This document shows, piece after piece, positions 58,260-64,000 of a DNA stretch of 64,000 nt (the first letter of the stretch is position 1; the number at the start of each line of letters is the position of its first letter). A model generated the notes under the pieces. That model ran no database searches. It was given only the letters and a program-made list of their open reading frames with translations, and was not told the DNA's origin. The DNA is taken from positions 1,760,001-1,824,000 of the forward strand of contig JBGANV010000001.1 in the NCBI GenBank assembly GCA_044222185.1, read 5' to 3'. The stretch is from Planctomycetota bacterium (GTDB lineage: Bacteria > Planctomycetota > GCA-002687715 > CAIWVZ01). The position numbers and the translations under genes were made by a program.

Positions 58260-60353
58260 TCACGCCACACCAACCGGGACATTCACCTCGGATTCGACGC
58301 CGCGCACGACTCCCGTGCCCGTCGATTGAGCGATACGTACCAGCCCACCCACGTCGAGGATGAGCGCCACACGCCCATCACCCATGATCGTCGCGCCCAT
58401 CACGCCTTCGACGCGACGGAAGTTCGTGTCGAGTGTCTTGATCACGACCTGCTGCTGACCGAGAAGCTCGTCCACCAGGATCGCGACGCGGTCGCCCTGG
58501 TTCTCGACGATGACCACGATCCCGTCGGATGGATTCTCCGACCGCGGTGGAACACCGAGCACGCGGTGGAGCCGGACGAGGGCTCGCGCCTCGCCCCGGA
58601 CCATCACGACCTGACCGCGTCCGAGCACGGACTTGATCTGCTCGGGCCGTGGCCGCAGCGATTCGACGATCGACACGAGCGGCAGTACGAACGACTGATC
58701 ACCGACGGCCAGCGTCAATCCGTCGAGGATCGCCAGCGTCAGCGGGAGCTTGATCACGAATCGCGACCCTTCGCCCTTGCGCGTGACGATGCTCACGGTG
58801 CCGTTGAGGGCCTCCACGTTCTTCTTGACGACGTCCATGCCGACCCCGCGCCCCGACACGTCCGTGACTTTGTCCGCCGTCGAGAACGCCGGCTCGAAGA
58901 TCATCTGGTGAATCTGCTCGTCGCTCACCTGGTCGTCGGGCCGCAACAGTCCGCGCTCGATGCCCTTCTTGCGGATGCGCTCCGTGTTCAGCCCACGGCC
59001 GTCGTCGGAGACCTCGATGACCACGGTGCCACCTTGCGTGGATGCCGCGAGCCGGATGGTTCCCTCTTCGCGCTTTCCAGACGCCAGCCGGTCCTCGGGC
59101 CCCTCGATGCCGTGATCCAGCGCGTTGCGGATCAAGTGCGTCAGTGGGTCGCCGATGCGTTCGACAACGCCCTTGTCGAGCTCCGTCTCCTCACCGGCCA
59201 TCACCAGGTTGACCTTCTTGTTCAGCGTGCCGGCGAGATCCCGCACGACTCGGGGGAAGCGGCTGAAGATGCTGCCGATCGGCACCATCCGCACGGACAT
59301 CACGCGCTCCTGCAGCTCGCGCGTGTTTCGCTCCATCTGGGCGACGGCCTCGTTCAGCCGCGCCAGCTTCTCCGTCGTGAAGTGAGTCACGACGTCGGAC
59401 ACCATGGACTGAGAGATCACGAGCTCGCCGACCAGGTTGATGAGCTTGTCGATCTTGTCGACCGCGACCCGGATGGATGCGCCGTCACCGGCGGGGGTTC
59501 GTGGAGTCGGCTCGCCCGTCTTCGCAGGCGGAGCCTTTTCGCTCCGCAGCACGAGTGACGCGTCATCCGCAGCCACCGGCTTCTTCGCTTCGGCCGCGGG
59601 TGCGGCGACGACGGGAATCTCCTGCGCCGGAGCCATTCCGCAGCATTCGATCTTGATCTCGGCCCCGTCTTCCACGAACGCGAAGGCGTCGCGAATGCGT
59701 TGCTCGTCGACCCGCCCCTCGAGCCGCAGGCTCCAGCTCAAATGGCAATCGAGCGGCTCCAGATCATCGAGGGCGGGGATGCGAGCGAGATCGAGGGTCA
59801 CGTCGGACAACGTTCCGAGCTCTCCGATCTCGCGGAGCACCAGCAGGGGATCCATGCCCTGCGTGAAGATGTTTCGGGCAGGGCGAAAGGAGATCTTCCA
59901 GGTCGAAGCGCCCGTCGCCGTGGGCCTGGCGGCGCCGGCCACCGATGCCCCGTGCGTGGGCGCACCGTGCTTCGCCAGCACCCCGTCGATTTCGCCCAGC
60001 ACCTGGTCGACGTTGGACGGCGGCGCGGTGCCTTCCTTCGCCGACACGAGGAGCTCCAGGAGAACGTCTCGCGAGCGCAGGACGAGGTCGATGAGCGGCT
60101 TCGTCGCCGCGATCTCGCCTTCACGCATCTTGTCGAGCAGGCTCTCCAGCGAGTGGGTGAATCGGGTGACGCCCTCGAGCCCGAACGTTCCGCTCCCGCC
60201 CTTGATGGAGTGGGCAGCGCGGAAGATCTCGTTCAGGAGCTCCCGGTCGTCGGGGCTGGTCTCGAGCTTGAGGAGCGCCGTCTCCATGTTGGCGACGTGC
60301 TCGTTCGCTTCTTCGAAGAACGCTTCTCGGAACCGATTGAGATCGATCTGCAT
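58260..60353 (-). CDS. cheA: chemotaxis histidine kinase
   Basis: FRAAHSIKG (HPt), LINLVGELVI, HLIRNALDHG, DDGRG, SGRGVGMDVV, C-terminal CheW-like domain. Confidence 0.98.
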   Translation of the reverse strand: MQIDLNRFREAFFEEANEHVANMETALLKLETSPDDRELLNEIFRAAHSIKGGSGTFGLEGVTRFTHSLESLLDKMREGEIAATKPLIDLVLRSRDVLLELLVSAKEGTAPPSNVDQVLGEIDGVLAKHGAPTHGASVAGAARPTATGASTWKISFRPARNIFTQGMDPLLVLREIGELGTLSDVTLDLARIPALDDLEPLDCHLSWSLRLEGRVDEQRIRDAFAFVEDGAEIKIECCGMAPAQEIPVVAAPAAEAKKPVAADDASLVLRSEKAPPAKTGEPTPRTPAGDGASIRVAVDKIDKLINLVGELVISQSMVSDVVTHFTTEKLARLNEAVAQMERNTRELQERVMSVRMVPIGSIFSRFPRVVRDLAGTLNKKVNLVMAGEETELDKGVVERIGDPLTHLIRNALDHGIEGPEDRLASGKREEGTIRLAASTQGGTVVIEVSDDGRGLNTERIRKKGIERGLLRPDDQVSDEQIHQMIFEPAFSTADKVTDVSGRGVGMDVVKKNVEALNGTVSIVTRKGEGSRFVIKLPLTLAILDGLTLAVGDQSFVLPLVSIVESLRPRPEQIKSVLGRGQVVMVRGEARALVRLHRVLGVPPRSENPSDGIVVIVENQGDRVAILVDELLGQQQVVIKTLDTNFRRVEGVMGATIMGDGRVALILDVGGLVRIAQSTGTGVVRGVESEVNVPVGVA

Positions 60354-60370
60354 GGGCGCACCTCAACGGT

Positions 60371-60739
60371 TCAGGGAACGACCTTCTTGATGACCTGGAG
60401 GAGCTGATCAGGGTTGAACGGCTTGACGATCCAACCGGTCGCGCCTGCCGCCTTCCCCTCCTGCTTCTTCGTGTCGTTCGTCTCAGTGGTCAGCATCAGC
60501 ACTGGCGTGAACTTGCACGCCGCACGGGTCCTGACCTGCTTGATGAACTGGATCCCGTCCATGACGGGCATGTTCAGGTCCGTGATGATGAGATCGACCT
60601 TCTGCTGTTTCTCGAGCTGGTCGATCCCTTCCTGCCCGTTGCCGCCCTCGAAGACGGTGAAGCCCGCCTCCTTGAGGGTGAAGGCCACCATCTGTCGCAT
60701 GGTTGTCGAATCGTCGACGATCAGCGCCGCTTTGCTCAC
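60371..60739 (-). CDS. cheY: single-domain response regulator
   Basis: IVDDS, TDLNMP, LTTE, GATGWIVKPF; GGAG RBS before GTG. Confidence 0.94.
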   Translation of the reverse strand: MSKAALIVDDSTTMRQMVAFTLKEAGFTVFEGGNGQEGIDQLEKQQKVDLIITDLNMPVMDGIQFIKQVRTRAACKFTPVLMLTTETNDTKKQEGKAAGATGWIVKPFNPDQLLQVIKKVVP

Positions 60740-60755
60740 GTCATGCTCTCCGCGC

Positions 60756-61862
60756 TCAGAACAGCTCGATGTCGCTCCCCGAATCGGCCGGCACTTCGCT
60801 GGTCGACCCGAGCGCCTGGGAAAGGATTTGCCGCTCCTGTTCCATCGTGTACCCGGCACGCAAACGGGCGACGAGTTCCTCCTGCCGGTTCTCGACCCAG
60901 ATGGGGCGGGTCGGCAGGAGCGCCTCGAGGGGACCGTCGAGCGCCTGTTTCATCGAATCGAGTGCGCGCACGACGTGGTCGATGCGCTGATTGACTCGAT
61001 CCTGGAATTGCATGGCCATGACGGCGCCCGCCACTTCGCCGGCGAGATCCTCGCCACGTTGCGAAGCCGTGCGGAGGGAGTCCTCCATGGCCTGGTGCGT
61101 CTCGCTGAGGATGCCGAAGGTGTTCTCCACTTCCGTCCGGCTCAGCAGAACTTCATTCATGTCTTCCGACGCGAGGACGCGAAGGTCCTCTACCGTCTCC
61201 TGAACCTCGTGCCCGACCTCGCCGATGATGTCGCGAATGAGGCGAGCGATGTCGTCCGACCGCCGTGCGAGGCTCGAGATCTCGTCCGCGACGACGGAGA
61301 ATCCCTTCCCCATCTCGCCGACGTGGACGGCCTGGATCTTCGCGTTGATGGCGAGCACGCGAGTGACGTTGGCGATCTCGTTGACCTGGTCGAGCGTCTG
61401 AACGATCCGCTTCATTCCCGACGCGACGTCGTCCATGCGGTAGACGACCTTCATCGAGAGCTGGCTGCCCTTCAGGATCCGCTCCATCAGGTGTTCCAGC
61501 GTGCTGCGGGTCGTGTTGATCAGCTTGTCGACGCCGCGCTTGTCGCCTCCACCTGACGCGCTGGGTTCGGCGCTGAGGACCTTGCGAGCCTCGGAGACGG
61601 ACTCGCGGGCCCGCTTTGCCATTCCCTGGAAGTTGTTGCAGACGCCGACGACGGCCTGCTCGATCTGGCCTGCGGTCTGGCGGAGTTGCTCCGCGAGCAC
61701 ACTGAGGATGGGGCTGTGGGCCGCGGCCTCGGCTTCCAGGCTCTGCAGAAGCTGGGCGCGATCCGTGCCGGACGTCGAGTCCGCCACCAGCGTCCCCCCT
61801 GCGTCGTCGATCGGGGCATGGCTCGCATCGCCATGGGTGCCCGGTTCCTGCCGAGATGTCAT
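60756..61862 (-). CDS. soluble divergent MCP-like protein
   Basis: TRVLAINAKIQAVHVGEMGKGFSVVADE hairpin, MQFQDRVNQ; no TM; ends DIELF. Confidence 0.88.
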   Translation of the reverse strand: MTSRQEPGTHGDASHAPIDDAGGTLVADSTSGTDRAQLLQSLEAEAAAHSPILSVLAEQLRQTAGQIEQAVVGVCNNFQGMAKRARESVSEARKVLSAEPSASGGGDKRGVDKLINTTRSTLEHLMERILKGSQLSMKVVYRMDDVASGMKRIVQTLDQVNEIANVTRVLAINAKIQAVHVGEMGKGFSVVADEISSLARRSDDIARLIRDIIGEVGHEVQETVEDLRVLASEDMNEVLLSRTEVENTFGILSETHQAMEDSLRTASQRGEDLAGEVAGAVMAMQFQDRVNQRIDHVVRALDSMKQALDGPLEALLPTRPIWVENRQEELVARLRAGYTMEQERQILSQALGSTSEVPADSGSDIELF

Positions 61863-61952
61863 CCTCTCGCTCTCCTTCGATCGCCTGAATCGCACTTACG
61901 AGCTATCGCACTCCGTTCGTCGTATCCCGAACGGCGAACCCACCGCGCCGGA

Positions 61953-62285
61953 CTACTCCAGATGCGAAAGGAAGCCGAGGCCGGCCATCCTCATCGCATC
62001 CGAAACCAGGCGGCTCGCCGGCCCCACGTGGAGCTTGCGTCCGTGCTTCTCGAGCGCCTGCTTGAGCGCGATCACCAGCTGGAATGCGCTGGCATCGAGC
62101 CGTTCGGCCTGCTCCCACTCCAGTTCCGTCTTGCCCTCGGAATCCAGCATTCCGATCGCTGCGCGCCGAAGCTCTTCGGCGTGGTCGAACGTCACCGATC
62201 CCGAAAGAACGAGCCGGATCCCTCCCGCGGGAAGGGGAACCACGCGCACGGGCGCATCCAGAGTTGCAGGTGTTGTCGGCTCCAT
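61953..62285 (-). CDS. STAS_2 domain protein
   Basis: LSGSVT, RLDASAFQLVIAL, MAGL; first gene of the che operon. Confidence 0.85.
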   Translation of the reverse strand: MEPTTPATLDAPVRVVPLPAGGIRLVLSGSVTFDHAEELRRAAIGMLDSEGKTELEWEQAERLDASAFQLVIALKQALEKHGRKLHVGPASRLVSDAMRMAGLGFLSHLE

Positions 62286-62427
62286 GATCGCAGGGTCAGT
62301 ATCGTCCGCACCTGCATGCTGGATTCAGTGCGGTCGACCCGGCCATTCCGCGAGTGGATATTCGATCGCCACCAAGTTCGGGCTTTTCACGGGGGTCCGA
62401 ACCGATGATGATCCTGGCGATCCATCC

Positions 62428-64000
62428 GTGAAACGCGTGCCACCATCCCCTGAAACTCGTCGCGAACCGGAGCCCCTGCTGAAGCCGCGAACCGGCGTCC
62501 TCGTCGCCGTCGGCCTCCTCATCGCTCTGCGCGTCTGGCAGGCCTCGAACACCAGTCTCTGGCTCGATGAACTCCACTCGCTCGCCCATGCGGCGCCGGC
62601 CGACGTCTCCAGTGTCCTCGAACATACGCACTGGGACTTCCATCCCCCTCTCTTCTATCTCGCGCTCCACGCGCTCGGGGCGTTCGAACGCGCCGCGTGG
62701 CTCCGGATCGTCCCCATACTCGCGAACCTGCTCACGTTGCTGCCGCTGGCGATCTTCGCCCGCAGGACGCGCGGCAAGGACGACGGCTTCGTCCTCGCCG
62801 GCCTGGCCTTCGCCGCCATCCCGGCCTGCGTGCATTACGGGACCGAGTTGCGGCCCTACGCATGGCTCACGCTGTTCAGCTCGCTGGCAGCCGCGTGCGC
62901 GTTCTCGGATGCGGGCCCGAAGCCGCTCCGCTGGGTCGGTTTCTGCCTCGCCACTGCGGCCGGGGTCCTCACTCATTACCTGATGGCGCCCATCATCGCA
63001 GCGATCGGCGCCGCACGCGTCGTCGTTGGAGTGATCCTCCGCCGACGGGGTGACGACGGCCGCATCGAACTGGGACGACTGCTTTCGCTGCCCTGGCTGA
63101 TCGCAGCCGGTGCGCTCGGGGCGTGCGCATTCATCCCCTGGCTCATGGCCTACGCGGATTGGATGGTGAACCGCCCGCAGGAACTCGTACCCCCGGCGTC
63201 CCAGGGACGCGACGCGGGAGGATCGATCTGGCGTGAAGCCCTCGAGGGCCCCCTGAAGACTCTCGTGCCCATGGTGAATTCGCTGGGCCGACCGTGGTCG
63301 ATCCTCGCCCTGGTCGGCTGCGTCGGACTGGCGCTCGCGGTCGTGAGCCTCGTCGCGGCGCGCTGGGCGGAGCGTCGCAGTGCCGGGCGTGGCCGGGCAT
63401 CACCATCCACGGTCTCGGCGTGCACGTTCGCCGTCATCCTCTTCCTCCTCACCATCGCGCTGTCGATCCTCGGCTGGCAACGCGTCCACGTGCGATATCT
63501 CGCGACGGCCTCGTGGGTCTGGCCCATCGTGTTCGCCGACGCCCTGGGCAGGCTTCGCGGCAGTCGGTGGTTCAGACCGATCGCCGGCACGTTCATCGGC
63601 GTCCTCCTCGCGCTGGGCGTGGCGCACGCTGGCGGCAACTCCCGCGAGAACGTGCGCGCGGCCGTCGAGGTCGCGCGCGCCGTCGGAGGTGCGGCGTCGG
63701 GAGACGCGATCTACACCGCACTCCTGCGTCAACCGTTGCGCTTCGAGAACGTCACGCCGTACTGGGCGTACGCCAAGGACATCTCGCCGGTCGAGCCGAG
63801 GGACCTCCCGCTCCCCACGACGCCCGAAGGACGACGTCCCGTCGTCGTCATCACCCGCTGGTACCGCGACCTGGATTCGGACCAGGCATTGGCCGCGGCG
63901 AAGGCCCAGGGTCCCACGGGATACTCCTACGTCCGTCTGCGCGACGGCCGACGCGTCGTCAAACGCATCGACGTCGACTCGACGATGACCGTGTGGCTCC
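62428..64000 (+). CDS. GT39/GT83 (PMT-like) membrane glycosyltransferase, 3' end beyond the window
   Basis: Hand translation from GTG 62428 (or 62437): SLWLDE, HPPLFY, ELRPY, THY, many TMs. No stop seen before the window end, which explains its absence from the ORF track. Confidence 0.85.
   Translation, partial: MKRVPPSPETRREPEPLLKPRTGVLVAVGLLIALRVWQASNTSLWLDELHSLAHAAPADVSSVLEHTHWDFHPPLFYLALHALGAFERAAWLRIVPILANLLTLLPLAIFARRTRGKDDGFVLAGLAFAAIPACVHYGTELRPYAWLTLFSSLAAACAFSDAGPKPLRWVGFCLATAAGVLTHYLMAPIIAAIGAARVVVGVILRRRGDDGRIELGRLLSLPWLIAAGALGACAFIPWLMAYADWMVNRPQELVPPASQGRDAGGSIWREALEGPLKTLVPMVNSLGRPWSILALVGCVGLALAVVSLVAARWAERRSAGRGRASPSTVSACTFAVILFLLTIALSILGWQRVHVRYLATASWVWPIVFADALGRLRGSRWFRPIAGTFIGVLLALGVAHAGGNSRENVRAAVEVARAVGGAASGDAIYTALLRQPLRFENVTPYWAYAKDISPVEPRDLPLPTTPEGRRPVVVITRWYRDLDSDQALAAAKAQGPTGYSYVRLRDGRRVVKRIDVDSTMTVWL

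Noticed and set aside
62405-62431. ATGATG as start of the last gene
   Set aside because: That frame stops after 8 codons; the GT-C frame starts at GTG 62428 or 62437.

Overview
GC-rich bacterial chromosomal window. lpxB indicates an LPS-bearing diderm; the style of the secreted proteins suggests Planctomycetota, which is inference only. (1) 1-8152: a capsid-less, phage-satellite-like element integrated at tRNA-Lys(UUU). It carries xis/AlpA-like HTH genes, a CHC2-TOPRIM primase, a DUF3987-type P-loop protein containing a converging 9-bp repeat array, a serine recombinase, and a tyrosine integrase whose frame runs into the tRNA. (2) 8.3-13.8 kb: housekeeping genes rpsB-tsf-pyrH-frr and lpxB. 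(3) 13.8-49.2 kb plus 62.4-64 kb: a long cell-surface glycosylation region (GT2, GT4, five GT-C-like membrane proteins, two flippase types, two UGM-like flavoproteins, two radical SAM enzymes, epimerase, deacetylase). Five signal-peptide proteins sharing an unnamed ~120-aa C-terminal domain are interspersed, along with a BlaI/M56 pair and a twin palindromic operator. (4) 49.3-62.3 kb: a chemosensory operon with a CheR-CheD fusion and an embedded STAS/REC-PP2C-kinase partner-switch module. The best novelty candidates are the shared C-terminal domain (possible sorting/anchoring signal tied to glycosylation) and the satellite with an att-spanning integrase. Start codons were hand-refined from the ORF track; no searches were run, so family assignments rest on recognised motifs.
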